A DNA stretch of 64,000 nt from an uncultured archaeon (GTDB taxonomy: Archaea > Asgardarchaeota > Thorarchaeia > Thorarchaeales > Thorarchaeaceae). Below, piece by piece: positions 39,338 through 49,170 of this stretch. Position 1 is the stretch's first letter. Each line of letters begins with the position of its first letter. Made by a program: the position numbers and the translations under genes. The notes beneath the pieces are model-generated. The model was not told the origin of the DNA, did no database searches, and was given only the letters and a program-made list of their open reading frames with translations. Location of the stretch: assembly GCA_964354495.1 (NCBI GenBank), contig CAYHAA010000002.1:80234-144233 (forward strand). Reading direction: 5' to 3'.

Positions 39338-39898
39338 TTGGAGCTGCAAGACTTGACTACACGCAATCCAATCTTTAAGGTAGCATTGATTGGAGAAGGT
39401 GGCGTCGGAAAGACAAGCCTAGCTGTACGTTACACTGAAGACCGATTCGACCAGCAGATGAAAATGACGATTGGTGTGAACTTCGCTACCAAGAGAGTCA
39501 ATGTCGCTGGTACTGACCTGACCCTCCTCATTTGGGACTTGGGCGGACAACCTAGATTCCAAGATGTGGTCATGGACTACTTCAAGGGTTCAAAACTAGG
39601 AATTGCGGTCTACGAGGTTAGCAGGTCTTTCACCATGTACAGGCTCGATAATTGGATTGCAAAGCTTCACAACAGTGTCCCCAACTGCGATATCTTTCTT
39701 GTAGGCAACAAGATCGATGAGCGTCTTCCGGGGATGGGAGTGACAAAAGAAGAGGCTCAGCAATTCGCGGATCAGTACCATGCTCAAGTCTTCGAAGTAT
39801 CAGCAAAGACAGGGGAGGGTGTAAGCCAGATGTTCGAGGCAGCAGGCAAAGTTCTCTCAGAGCGAAGCACTAAAACTAGTTCCGGAGTTGAACACTGA
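39338..39898 (+). CDS. Rab/Ras-like small GTPase
   Basis: G1 GEGGVGKTS, switch-I T in TIGVNF (a RabF1-like IGVxF), G3 WDLGGQ, G4 GNKID and G5 SAKTGEGV. There is no C-terminal Cys prenylation motif. Confidence 0.8.
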   Translation: MELQDLTTRNPIFKVALIGEGGVGKTSLAVRYTEDRFDQQMKMTIGVNFATKRVNVAGTDLTLLIWDLGGQPRFQDVVMDYFKGSKLGIAVYEVSRSFTMYRLDNWIAKLHNSVPNCDIFLVGNKIDERLPGMGVTKEEAQQFADQYHAQVFEVSAKTGEGVSQMFEAAGKVLSERSTKTSSGVEH

Positions 39899-39994
39899 GT
39901 CAATCCTGAATCGATTTGTACGCAGTATCATTAAATATCGCCTAGTATTCCTTAATCAAGGACCACTAGCAGATCGCAAGACGGAGACCTAGGC

Positions 39995-40255
39995 TTGGCA
40001 AAAGTGAAACTCAGACCGTTTGCTTGTCCCTCCTGTGGGCAAGGCAAACTGGTCTATGTGGAAGTCGATGAATTGACTATCACAAGAGCGAAACGGTTTC
40101 CAACCATCGTGCAAGCCAAGTGTGGAAAGGGCCATCCTTTGGTTGTCTTTGTCGATGCGAACTTTCAAGTTCGAGATGTCGAAGCTTCAGCTGTGGCGAC
40201 GGAAGAGGAAAAAGACGCAGTCGAGAAGACAAAGGGCTGGTTCGAGTCATTCTAG
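39995..40255 (+). CDS. Small Zn-ribbon protein
   Basis: CPSCGQ...(27 aa)...CGKGH four-ligand zinc ribbon and an acidic C-terminus, at 86 aa. Confidence 0.4.
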   Translation: MAKVKLRPFACPSCGQGKLVYVEVDELTITRAKRFPTIVQAKCGKGHPLVVFVDANFQVRDVEASAVATEEEKDAVEKTKGWFESF

Positions 40256-40420
40256 TCGTGAGATGCTACGAGGTTCAAGAGGCAGTGGAAAACGAATGGC
40301 ATGTGCCACTACGTGGGCATTTCGTTGCTTACGAATGGAAGTCTAGTGTTACGCTCGGACTCGAACACGAAGCTCCATGGTGCAGACGTGGATAGCACAT
40401 GGTAACGGGGACTAAACACG

Positions 40421-40855
40421 ATGTATGGAATCTTCGTCATCAATGATGCGGGTGAAACAATCGCTTCCGTAGGATGGGAGAACCTCGAAGGCGACACGGC
40501 ACTTATTGGTGGATTTGTCTCGGCACTACAGATGTTCATCAAGAAGATTTCCGGAAACGAGATGAACGAACTCCTTTTTGGCGAACTCAAGTTGCTTATC
40601 GGAAAAGCTGGAGACAACTATATTGTGACACTGCACTCGGTTGATGACAAAGAAGCCAAAGCCCACAATCGAGAGGTCATCAAATTCGTCACTGAACGGG
40701 GTGACGAGATCGATGACGGTGTTCTCATCTTGGTCAACGAGATGATATCCGGTGAAACTACTCCTGAGGAAGAAGAGAAGGTGCGTCGCGGCGTACGCGA
40801 ATGGACAAGCGGAGCAGGTACGGCTGCAAAAGAGTGGGGAAAGAAGGTGTTTTAG
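40421..40855 (+). CDS. Roadblock/LC7 (MglB-like) or longin-like domain protein
   Basis: The segment GIFVINDAGETIASVGWEN...DTALIGGFVSALQMF...GELKLLIGKAGDNYIVTLHSV matches the roadblock alpha-beta-alpha pattern. It is followed by an acidic or Lys-rich tail. Confidence 0.5.
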   Translation: MYGIFVINDAGETIASVGWENLEGDTALIGGFVSALQMFIKKISGNEMNELLFGELKLLIGKAGDNYIVTLHSVDDKEAKAHNREVIKFVTERGDEIDDGVLILVNEMISGETTPEEEEKVRRGVREWTSGAGTAAKEWGKKVF

Positions 40856-40867
40856 GAGGACAAGTTC

Positions 40868-42283
40868 ATGGAAGTATACGAGATAGCATATGTGTTTCTT
40901 GGACTGGCAACATTAGTGGCCGCTGGAACCATTATTAACTATAGTCACAAGAGATCCGTAGCATCTCCGGACCCTGAGATTAAGAAAGCCTTCAGACCGC
41001 TCTATATCTTCGCCATCGGTCTAATCGTTTTTGGAATTGGAGCTCTGCTTACATTCCTCGTGCGCAACAATCAGATTTTCCCATGGGATGATACTTCTTT
41101 CGTCAGATTGCATAATCCGTACCTGAGATATTACACGATATTCTATGTATTCACTCTTGTTGAGTTGTTCTTCCTGACTATCGCAGCTGCGATGATTCTG
41201 AAACAATGGTTGATTTCTGTATTCATGGCCATTATGATTCTTATTGCGTTTCTTCTAATCTTCAATGCTGTTCTAATCGTCGAAGACATGAGAACAAGCA
41301 ATGTGGCGGAATTCTATATCAATTTTGGTAACGTATTGAGTATAATTCTGCTATCTGCAAATGCTGCCCTTTTTTCATGGATAGCAAATGATACAAGAAG
41401 GAGCACTAGCATGGCATTGGGCTACGCTATGATTGTGCAAGTCCTAGCAGTTCCACGTTTCTATGCAATACTGCCAACAGAACTGATATTCGCAATTACT
41501 GTCTTCGCACTTATGGGTCCAGCAATGATTGCTTTTGCGTTTCTGCGGCCGGACCAGAAGATATCAGTTGAACTCCTTGGTTATGGCGCCAGCTTTGCTG
41601 GGCCGGTTGTCATCTTCGCCAGTCTCATTTCGGCAGAACTTATCTCTAATCCCTTTATTGTTATTATAGCAGTATTTGGAGCAATAGCTATTGCCTTGGC
41701 GACTGGAACAGCTTCATACGCCTATGGCAGGTGGAGAGAGACTCGTCAGCTGCCTACAGCATTACTGATGGTCATCTTCGCAGCTATAGCGGCAGGACAA
41801 ATGATTGGCATGTTGGGTACCTTTCAGGTACTGCCGAACCTATGGTCAATTTACTTTGATTTTGCCGTGACTTCCTTTGCACTGGCTGTTTTCACATCTG
41901 TGGGAATCATGGCAGCCGGATATCGCACCTTGGCGTCATTACCCCTACTAGTCTATCTGCCAACAGCGATACTCATTACTCAACGCTTTCCGAATTCAAT
42001 CAGCCAGGCGTTTCTTGATTACGCCTATCTCGCAATTCCGGCGATGCTGTTCTTCTTCGTACCAGTGTTCCTTTTTGCAGGAGCTTGGAGGAGAATGAAG
42101 AAAGCTGGAACTGCTGGGAGAATGAGACCACTGGGGATGTCGGTTGGATTATTGCTGTTCTTAATAATCAGAGTCGCTTCTCTTCTCGCCGACATTCAAT
42201 TTGGAGATCCTGGTTACGGATTGGTGGCAATTGCGCTTGCAGTCCTCTGGTTGTCAATCACTGGCAGACTCGATAGATACTAG
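40868..42283 (+). CDS. Large polytopic membrane protein (about 12-14 TM), hypothetical
   Basis: Hydrophobic throughout. It starts 12 bp after the roadblock-like gene stop on the same strand. Confidence 0.45.
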   Translation: MEVYEIAYVFLGLATLVAAGTIINYSHKRSVASPDPEIKKAFRPLYIFAIGLIVFGIGALLTFLVRNNQIFPWDDTSFVRLHNPYLRYYTIFYVFTLVELFFLTIAAAMILKQWLISVFMAIMILIAFLLIFNAVLIVEDMRTSNVAEFYINFGNVLSIILLSANAALFSWIANDTRRSTSMALGYAMIVQVLAVPRFYAILPTELIFAITVFALMGPAMIAFAFLRPDQKISVELLGYGASFAGPVVIFASLISAELISNPFIVIIAVFGAIAIALATGTASYAYGRWRETRQLPTALLMVIFAAIAAGQMIGMLGTFQVLPNLWSIYFDFAVTSFALAVFTSVGIMAAGYRTLASLPLLVYLPTAILITQRFPNSISQAFLDYAYLAIPAMLFFFVPVFLFAGAWRRMKKAGTAGRMRPLGMSVGLLLFLIIRVASLLADIQFGDPGYGLVAIALAVLWLSITGRLDRY

Positions 42284-42401
42284 TACGAAGCATAGTGCCG
42301 TTCTGTCTCTCATGACTTGGATGGCGTGATAGCCTGCACTCATCTTTCAGAGAACTCTAGAAACAAACGTATTTCTACTCTAATATGAGAGAAAGTATGC
42401 T

Positions 42402-43169
42402 ATGCAATTCGAGAGTATCGTCATCAGAGTCTTTGATGCTGATTTCATGTTCTTCGACCTTGCATTGACCGGGCTCTGGATTCTTCTACTCTACAAGAAG
42501 GGTCTCATAGTACCGTTACTATTCGGCTTCTTTGGAATCTTAGTGAATTTCATCGTTGACTATTTCTACTGGTACAGCATTCTTGGCATTCGAACAGTTG
42601 AGGGGTTGCCAAGTTGGATGTCGCCATTGGGTTTTTTCGTGTACTTCTCAATCACATATGGCATGATACAATACTCATATGTCCAGGTCATGTTCATACG
42701 TAGACCTGAGCAACCAAGGACTGAAAGGGAAAATCGAATAAAGTGGTCACTATTCCTCTTCACAGGTTGGCTTGCAATAGGTCTTCTATCGAACGTTATC
42801 CCAATCAACGATTCCGAAGTGACAGTAGCACGAGTCATGACGGAACAACGAATCACTGAGGTCTATGCTGTCATTGCTGAATACGCTCTATTGTTCCTAC
42901 TAGCAGTCAAGAAGAAATTCGAACTGAGTCCTAAGCGGATGTTGTATGTTTTTCTTGTCGGTATCTTTGTTCACTTCTCCATGGAGATTACTCTTGTACT
43001 GTCTGGAATGAGGGCATCAAGCGTCTTTGACATTCTCTTCAATAGCGTCTTTGAGTTCAACACCGGAACACCAATCCTCTATCTCATGATGTTTGCACTC
43101 ATCTCCTGCGTTGAGAAACTCAAAAAGAGGACTCCTCAGGGCTTACCGACAGAGTCTAGGAGACATTGA
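42402..43169 (+). CDS. Hypothetical integral membrane protein (about 7 TM)
   Basis: Multiple hydrophobic helices. It is co-oriented with the GTPase/roadblock genes. Confidence 0.4.
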   Translation: MQFESIVIRVFDADFMFFDLALTGLWILLLYKKGLIVPLLFGFFGILVNFIVDYFYWYSILGIRTVEGLPSWMSPLGFFVYFSITYGMIQYSYVQVMFIRRPEQPRTERENRIKWSLFLFTGWLAIGLLSNVIPINDSEVTVARVMTEQRITEVYAVIAEYALLFLLAVKKKFELSPKRMLYVFLVGIFVHFSMEITLVLSGMRASSVFDILFNSVFEFNTGTPILYLMMFALISCVEKLKKRTPQGLPTESRRH

Positions 43170-43266
43170 AATCTTTACTCATGAGCTGGGACTCACAATC
43201 AGCTGCAGAAGACACTCTAGACAGAGGAATAGGACAGATGACGACTGAGTGAAATCCATCTCGGTA

Positions 43267-45912
43267 TCAGTCCCTGAAATCTTGATTCTCATATTCATTG
43301 GGATCGGCATCAAAGGTTGTCTTGCAGTATGGGCTGCAGAAGTAGTACTTCTTCCCCTTGTACTCACTAGTCAGTGATGCGCTGGCAATCTCGACATCCA
43401 TCTTACATATTGGGTCTATCGCTACTTTGGGTACATTCGGCACAGTCTGTTTCTCTCCCGGAACATCAACTATGTCTTTTGGTTCAAAACGCCCAAGTAG
43501 TAGAGCATTAGATACAACGCTCACACTTGACAGTGCCATTGCGAGACCCGCGAACTCAGGTCGAAGCGCAAGTCCAGTGAATGGAAAGAAGACACCTGCT
43601 GCGACGGGCACCAAAATCATGTTGTAAATGAGGGCCCAGAAGAAACCTTGGCGGATCTTTGAAACAGTTCTTCGACCCAGCTCAATACCTGATACGACAT
43701 CGGTCAGTTCATTGCGAACCAGGACTATGTCACCAGTTTCGACTGAAACATCGGTCCCCGAACCAAGAGCTATTCCGACATCTGCCTGAGCAAGAGCAGG
43801 AGCGTCATTGACACCGTCTCCTACAAAGGCCACTGTCTTGCCCTCATCTTGAAGTCTTTTGACATTCTCAGCTTTCTCGCTTGGAAGAACCTCGAAGAGG
43901 ACGTTGGAAATACCAAGTCTCTCAGCAATTGCGTATGCTGTTCGCTTCTTGTCTCCTGTTATCATCCATATCTCTATGCCAAGTTGCTTCAACGCATCGA
44001 TGGCATACGTTGAGCTTGACTTTAACGGATCAGATATTGCAGCAAGAGCCAATGCACTCGAATCTGCCGCAGCAAAGACCGTTGTCTTGGCTTGTTTTTC
44101 TAGCTCCTCTGCGTGAGTTTCAAGCTGGCTGATATCCACTCCGTTTTCGTTCATGAAACGACTGCTGCCCACAAGAACTGTTATTCCATTGATTATCGAA
44201 GTCACACCCCGGCCAGAATGCGATTGAAATTCCATCGGTTTTGTAATATGAACATCCATCTCCTCTGCATAGCGCACAATTGCCTCAGCAAGGGGATGCT
44301 CACTTCCTTTCTCAACAGAAGCCATGAGCGCGAGCGCGTCCTCGCTCTTCACTTTCGGTGCCGTGATGAAGTCAGTCACAGCAGGTCGTCCAATGGTCAG
44401 AGTTCCTGTCTTATCGAAGACAATCGTATCAATGTTAGGAATTGTCTCTAGCCCTGCTCCATTCTTAATGAGAATACCATTCTGAGCCCCCTTCCCAAGG
44501 CCGACCATGATTGCAGTTGGTGTCGCAAGACCCAATGCACAAGGACATGCTGCGACAATGACAGCAGTTGTGAAATTGAGGGCAACGTCCCAAGTTACAC
44601 CGCCCAAGAATACCCATCCAAGAAATGTAGCCAACCCGATTATGAGAACAATTGGCACAAAGTACTCTGCTATAGCATCAGCTTTCCGTTGAATTGGAGG
44701 TTTTTGTGTTTGGGCCTCCTCGACTAAACGGACTATCTGTGAGAGTGCAGTGTCTTGTCCGACCTTCGTAGCTCTAATCCGGAGCAAGCCGTTCTTGTTA
44801 ATTGTAGCTCCGATCACCTGGTCGCCAATATTCTTCTCCACCGGAATTGATTCACCAGTGATCATCGACTCATCAACCGATGACTTGCCTTCAGAGACTT
44901 GACCATCAACAGGGATTTTGTCGCCAGGTTTGATGACCAATAGATCCCCGACTTCAACATCCTCTGCTGGGATGGTAACCTCCTCCCCATTCCTAATAAC
45001 CACAGCAACTGTGGCTTGAAGGTCCATTAGACTACGTATCGCTATTGAGGTTCTTCCTTTCGCATATGCCTCTAGCCACCTGCCAAGAAGAATGAAGGTG
45101 ATTAGCGCAGCTGATGTATCATAGAACGACATGTAGCCCGTGAGAAAGAATGTTGCAGCCACTGAATAGAAATATGCAACACTCGTTCCAAGCATGATGA
45201 GAGTATCCATGTTCGTCTTGCCATGAACTAGTGCTCTGAAACTGGACCGATAGAATGGATAACCTGCAATGAACTGAATCGGTGTCGCAAGAATGAACAT
45301 GATCAGGTCCAAAGGAAGTCCGGCGGGAAGGAGTGCACTTCCGAAAGTCATGAACATAATCGGAATAGTGAGAATGAGCGCGAAGACAAACCGGTATTTG
45401 AAATACTTAATCTCTTCTTCCCTTGCAAGGGTCTCCCTATCGACACCCGAAACTGTACTTTCTCCAATTTCGAATCCTAATGAATGCAATTGGCGGCGCA
45501 CAATCTTGGGAGTCAATAGGTCTTCATCATACTCTACAAGGACACGGCCTGACTCCGAGTATGTACTCACTGATATTGCACCAGTAAGAGCTTCTATCGA
45601 CTCAGCAATCCCATTCCATTGGCCATCTCTGGGAGCAGGCTCAAGCGTGAGAGTCATCACAGAGCGTTTTGCGCGGTAGCCGCTGGATTCGACAGCTCTC
45701 TCCAATGCGGATCTGTCAGTCTTCGCTGACTCGAACTCAACCACTGCCTTCTCATCCAAGAGGCTGACTGTTGCATGTATGACTCCATCCTGACTCATCA
45801 GCGATTTCTCAACGGTAGCTACACAAGATGCACAATGCATGCCTTCAATCTTCATGGATATGCGTTCTTTGCCATCACCGACTGTAGTCTGCGCGCTCAT
45901 GATATCGTCCAC
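43267..45912 (-). CDS. copA: Cu+-translocating P1B-type ATPase with an N-terminal HMA domain, a degenerate second HMA-like domain and a C-terminal TRASH/YHS-type metal-binding domain
   Basis: GMHCASC metal-binding site, CPC transmembrane motif [16 protein letters not shown] phosphorylation site and GDGVNDAP hinge. The C-terminus has CKMDVE...YYFCSPYC, a TRASH/YHS-like motif. Confidence 0.85.
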   Translation of the reverse strand: MDDIMSAQTTVGDGKERISMKIEGMHCASCVATVEKSLMSQDGVIHATVSLLDEKAVVEFESAKTDRSALERAVESSGYRAKRSVMTLTLEPAPRDGQWNGIAESIEALTGAISVSTYSESGRVLVEYDEDLLTPKIVRRQLHSLGFEIGESTVSGVDRETLAREEEIKYFKYRFVFALILTIPIMFMTFGSALLPAGLPLDLIMFILATPIQFIAGYPFYRSSFRALVHGKTNMDTLIMLGTSVAYFYSVAATFFLTGYMSFYDTSAALITFILLGRWLEAYAKGRTSIAIRSLMDLQATVAVVIRNGEEVTIPAEDVEVGDLLVIKPGDKIPVDGQVSEGKSSVDESMITGESIPVEKNIGDQVIGATINKNGLLRIRATKVGQDTALSQIVRLVEEAQTQKPPIQRKADAIAEYFVPIVLIIGLATFLGWVFLGGVTWDVALNFTTAVIVAACPCALGLATPTAIMVGLGKGAQNGILIKNGAGLETIPNIDTIVFDKTGTLTIGRPAVTDFITAPKVKSEDALALMASVEKGSEHPLAEAIVRYAEEMDVHITKPMEFQSHSGRGVTSIINGITVLVGSSRFMNENGVDISQLETHAEELEKQAKTTVFAAADSSALALAAISDPLKSSSTYAIDALKQLGIEIWMITGDKKRTAYAIAERLGISNVLFEVLPSEKAENVKRLQDEGKTVAFVGDGVNDAPALAQADVGIALGSGTDVSVETGDIVLVRNELTDVVSGIELGRRTVSKIRQGFFWALIYNMILVPVAAGVFFPFTGLALRPEFAGLAMALSSVSVVSNALLLGRFEPKDIVDVPGEKQTVPNVPKVAIDPICKMDVEIASASLTSEYKGKKYYFCSPYCKTTFDADPNEYENQDFRD

Positions 45913-45953
45913 CTAAAGCACAGCAAATAAACAATAGTTAATACCATATGCGC

Positions 45954-45961
45954 TTTATAAA
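45954..45961 (-). promoter_or_regulatory. Palindromic TATA-box candidate (TTTATAAA) upstream of copA
   Basis: TTTATAAA lies about 42 bp upstream of the copA start codon in an AT-rich 80-bp intergenic region. Its position fits an archaeal TATA box with a short 5' UTR. Confidence 0.3.
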
Positions 45962-45991
45962 TCCTAGGATGCTGCCATGAAAACGCAGCCA

Positions 45992-46597
45992 TCATCCAAT
46001 GAAGAAGTCGCTCTCCTTCTTCCCCTCAGCCTCGTCCATCAAGCGCAATAGCTCTGTGAAAGCATCTTGGATCCCATCTCCGGTCTTGGCACTGGTTTCG
46101 CGAAAGATAGCGGGAACTCCAAGTTTGTTAATGAAGTACTTAGTGAAGTCCTTGCCCTCCTCAGTTGTCACATACTTGGACTTGTCAAGTGAATACCGCA
46201 GGTCTGTCTTGTTTCCAATAATGACAGTGGGTGGCAATGGACCCATATTCTTGAAAGCCTCAACTAGCCACTTGGAGGCATTCTCGAACGTTGACCGATT
46301 CACTACTGAGTATACCAACAGAATGCCATTGCAGCCCGAATAATAGTGGCCTCTGACTTTCTCGAATGTTGGCTGACCAGCAAGATCCCAAATGATGAAT
46401 TTTACGATATCCTGGTTAAACAAGACCCGCTTTGTCGCCAAGTCAACACCAATCGTAGCAATGTGACCTTCAATGAACTCCTCGCCAAGATAGTTGCGGC
46501 GGATACTAGTTTTGCCAACTGCGCCGTCCCCTATGAGAACTGCCTTCAAAATTATGCTGCCATCATCTTGGTCCTTCACTATACGGTACCCTCGCAT
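45992..46597 (-). CDS. Rab/Ras-like small GTPase (second copy)
   Basis: G1 GDGAVGKTS, switch-I TIGVDL, G3 WDLAGQ, G4 GNKTD and G5 SAKTGDGI, at 201 aa. Confidence 0.8.
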   Translation of the reverse strand: MRGYRIVKDQDDGSIILKAVLIGDGAVGKTSIRRNYLGEEFIEGHIATIGVDLATKRVLFNQDIVKFIIWDLAGQPTFEKVRGHYYSGCNGILLVYSVVNRSTFENASKWLVEAFKNMGPLPPTVIIGNKTDLRYSLDKSKYVTTEEGKDFTKYFINKLGVPAIFRETSAKTGDGIQDAFTELLRLMDEAEGKKESDFFIG

Positions 46598-46720
46598 TCA
46601 TAGAATCGTGGGCTTTCATTTGCATTGGGTTGGTAAGAACCTCCCAATTCCACGCGTTACAATACTTCATGGCCTCACGCAAATAAGGTTAGCGATATGA
46701 TAGGTTCGGATATGTCATTG

Positions 46721-47188
46721 TTACACCTGATCCACAGGATTCATCGAAGGATCTTGTTCATCTTCGGTAGTTTTCTTCGGATTCTTGGAATCAAGTCCTT
46801 CATACCTTCTATTGAATCGCCTTAATCCAATGTACAGAAGCCAGTAGACCCCCGCCATAAGCAGAATAGGCGGAAAATGCCAGAGGACAATGAAGCTGAA
46901 TGTCGAAATCGAGAGAGGAGTCCCTTCGTAAACATAAGTTGTTAGTCGCAGCTCATCTCCGCCAGTAAGTTTGACAAGGATGGAAAAACTGTAGAAAAAT
47001 GTGGCCACATACATATCCCATCCAGCATCATTCACGTCCTCTTTATCGATAACGAACTGAGCAACTACTCTTGCCTCATCACCTACTGCGGTCCATGGAT
47101 TGTTTATTGTCATTTCACCAGTATAATTTGTTTCTGTCATCACTGTTGCCTGGAATACCAGCTCCTGAAAATCAGCAACAGATCCCAC
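46721..47188 (-). CDS. Hypothetical small membrane protein (2-3 TM)
   Basis: Hydrophobic helices with an acidic C-terminus. It lies upstream of and co-oriented with the second GTPase gene. Confidence 0.3.
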   Translation of the reverse strand: MGSVADFQELVFQATVMTETNYTGEMTINNPWTAVGDEARVVAQFVIDKEDVNDAGWDMYVATFFYSFSILVKLTGGDELRLTTYVYEGTPLSISTFSFIVLWHFPPILLMAGVYWLLYIGLRRFNRRYEGLDSKNPKKTTEDEQDPSMNPVDQV

Positions 47189-47270
47189 TTCAAGAAGCCT
47201 TAGAACAAAGTATAATTCTGAAACGGAATCAGTTGTCCAAAAATCATAGTGAAATGAGGGCGGATCAAGA

Positions 47271-48299
47271 ATGAGAATGCTGCTATTCGTGGGTGTCTTG
47301 GTAGCGATATTGCTCTATTCGATTGGATTTGATGGGACGTACATGTCAGATGACATAGAATCAGTGAGCAATTCAAGGCCCAGTCAAACCTACACACCTC
47401 ATGCTCCGATGGTCATAGACTCCAACGATGATTTTGCCAGTGAAGGTTGGTCGGGGGGAGGAATTCAAGGCAATCCCTATACGATTGAGTGGCTCGAATT
47501 CACAAGCGCAATTGACGAAGCATGCATAAGTATAAGCATGACAACCGCTTGGTTCAGAATTCGGTACTGCTGTTTTGCTCCAACCGATTTTGCTTATGCT
47601 GTTACCCTATGGAATGTTTCAAATGGTGAAATCCTGCATTGCATTACAGCTGAACCTGCAGGGATTATCTCAGTCGGCCTGTCCTCAGACATTCAGCTAG
47701 GACAGCTAGAATTACATGGAACATGCATAATCATGGAGTACTCCTGGATGTGTAGTGTTTCAGAGTGTAATACCTATTACGCGCCTGGAGATGGCGTGTT
47801 TTTCAATGGTTGCAGTCAAATGACAGTTGAAGGATGCGAAATCTCGTTTTCCACAGCAGCTGGAATCTCTCTAGCAGATACAGGATATTCATCATTTCTT
47901 GACAACATCATCTATGAGAATTCTATGGAACCGATATTCATCACTGGGACCTCTTCCGAAAATCAAATTTACAATAATGAGATTCATTTAGTTTCTTACT
48001 GGGAAGCCAAGGATGACGGAGTCACTAACTACTGGGACAATGGTGTGTCTATAGGGAATATGTGGTCGGATTATGATGGGACTGGCTATTACTACGTCCC
48101 CGGTTCAGCCGGGTCCATTGACCATTATCCAAGAGTGATATCTTCGACTACAAATACAACGAATACTTCACCGGGACCTGCAGAGGTCTTGATAACAACT
48201 TGGGCACCAATGGATATGTCAGTGAGGGTCATACTGGCAGTGTCAATTGGAATGCTATATGGCGCTCTCGTTATCATAATCATCAAACGACTCAGGTAA
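47271..48299 (+). CDS. Secreted, C-terminally membrane-anchored protein with a right-handed parallel beta-helix (pectin-lyase-fold / NosD-like) domain
   Basis: N-terminal signal peptide. It has repeated G/N-rich beta-helix turns (ISLADTGYSSFLDNIIYEN, ITGTSSENQIYNNEIH), N-x-S/T sequons, a Thr-rich linker NTTNTS and a C-terminal TM helix with KRLR stop-transfer. Confidence 0.45.
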   Translation: MRMLLFVGVLVAILLYSIGFDGTYMSDDIESVSNSRPSQTYTPHAPMVIDSNDDFASEGWSGGGIQGNPYTIEWLEFTSAIDEACISISMTTAWFRIRYCCFAPTDFAYAVTLWNVSNGEILHCITAEPAGIISVGLSSDIQLGQLELHGTCIIMEYSWMCSVSECNTYYAPGDGVFFNGCSQMTVEGCEISFSTAAGISLADTGYSSFLDNIIYENSMEPIFITGTSSENQIYNNEIHLVSYWEAKDDGVTNYWDNGVSIGNMWSDYDGTGYYYVPGSAGSIDHYPRVISSTTNTTNTSPGPAEVLITTWAPMDMSVRVILAVSIGMLYGALVIIIIKRLR

Positions 48300-48402
48300 A
48301 GAAACAGCTGCATTCATTCTTCATTCATTGACATCAACAGGTCCTGAAGGAGCAGGGTCGTTTTCGCTGAAGTGACGGAAAGAAGAGATGTCCGTTGAAT
48401 GT

Positions 48403-49086
48403 TTAGATCTTCTTGGAACCTTCTCGAATTACAAGTTTGGTCATCCTATCTCGATGAGTTTCGAAGTATCTAGCGACTAACTCAGGTTCCCTCTTACTTA
48501 ACTCACGTAAAACCCACCCGGCAGCCTTTCCAACAAAGAACTCCTCGTCAGAGATGTGAGGCGTGACTCCATCAAGTATCCTCTTGCTATATTCCTGTCT
48601 GTATTGAGCCTTTAGTGATAGGTAGAGATAAGGCAACACTGAACAGCGGCGCCTCCAGAAGTTCTCAGACTTGCGCCATGACTTGATGACATTCTCTACC
48701 TCAGGGTCGCGAAGTAAGAGGATTCCAATTGTGGGAGAGCAGAGAGGGTCGGTGATCCCCCACGTATCAGCTTCGTCAATCCAAGAGTCAGCGATTCCTA
48801 AAGCCACAATAACATCGCCTTTCCGCGCGTATTCCCTCATAACATCGATTGCTGCAGCTCGAGTTTCAAAAGTCTTGGTATTCCACAGCATCTTCATGAG
48901 AACAGGCAAATCATCAATCAACAGGTTGTGGATATTCGCCTTCACAATCCGATGGATGCCCGGGAGCTCAACTCCTATGAAGGCAAGACTTGATGTCCTA
49001 AGATAGCTGGCCGACCTCGCTTTTCTTTCCGAATTGCCACTCGACTCAAGCTCTGAGTAAATACGTCCGCATACCTGTTCAATCAC
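48403..49086 (-). CDS. DNA alkylation repair protein, AlkD/AlkC-like HEAT-repeat glycosylase family
   Basis: 227 aa all-alpha protein with conserved Trp/Arg positions (FVGKAAGWVLRELSK, WRRRCSVLPY) typical of the DNA_alkylation family. Confidence 0.55.
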   Translation of the reverse strand: MIEQVCGRIYSELESSGNSERKARSASYLRTSSLAFIGVELPGIHRIVKANIHNLLIDDLPVLMKMLWNTKTFETRAAAIDVMREYARKGDVIVALGIADSWIDEADTWGITDPLCSPTIGILLLRDPEVENVIKSWRKSENFWRRRCSVLPYLYLSLKAQYRQEYSKRILDGVTPHISDEEFFVGKAAGWVLRELSKREPELVARYFETHRDRMTKLVIREGSKKI

Positions 49087-49170
49087 ATCTTAGAAAGTGT
49101 GTGACTCTGATATAACAATGCTTGGTCTTCAAATGCTTGTCGAAGACTCTCTAGCAAGTAACTGAACCAC

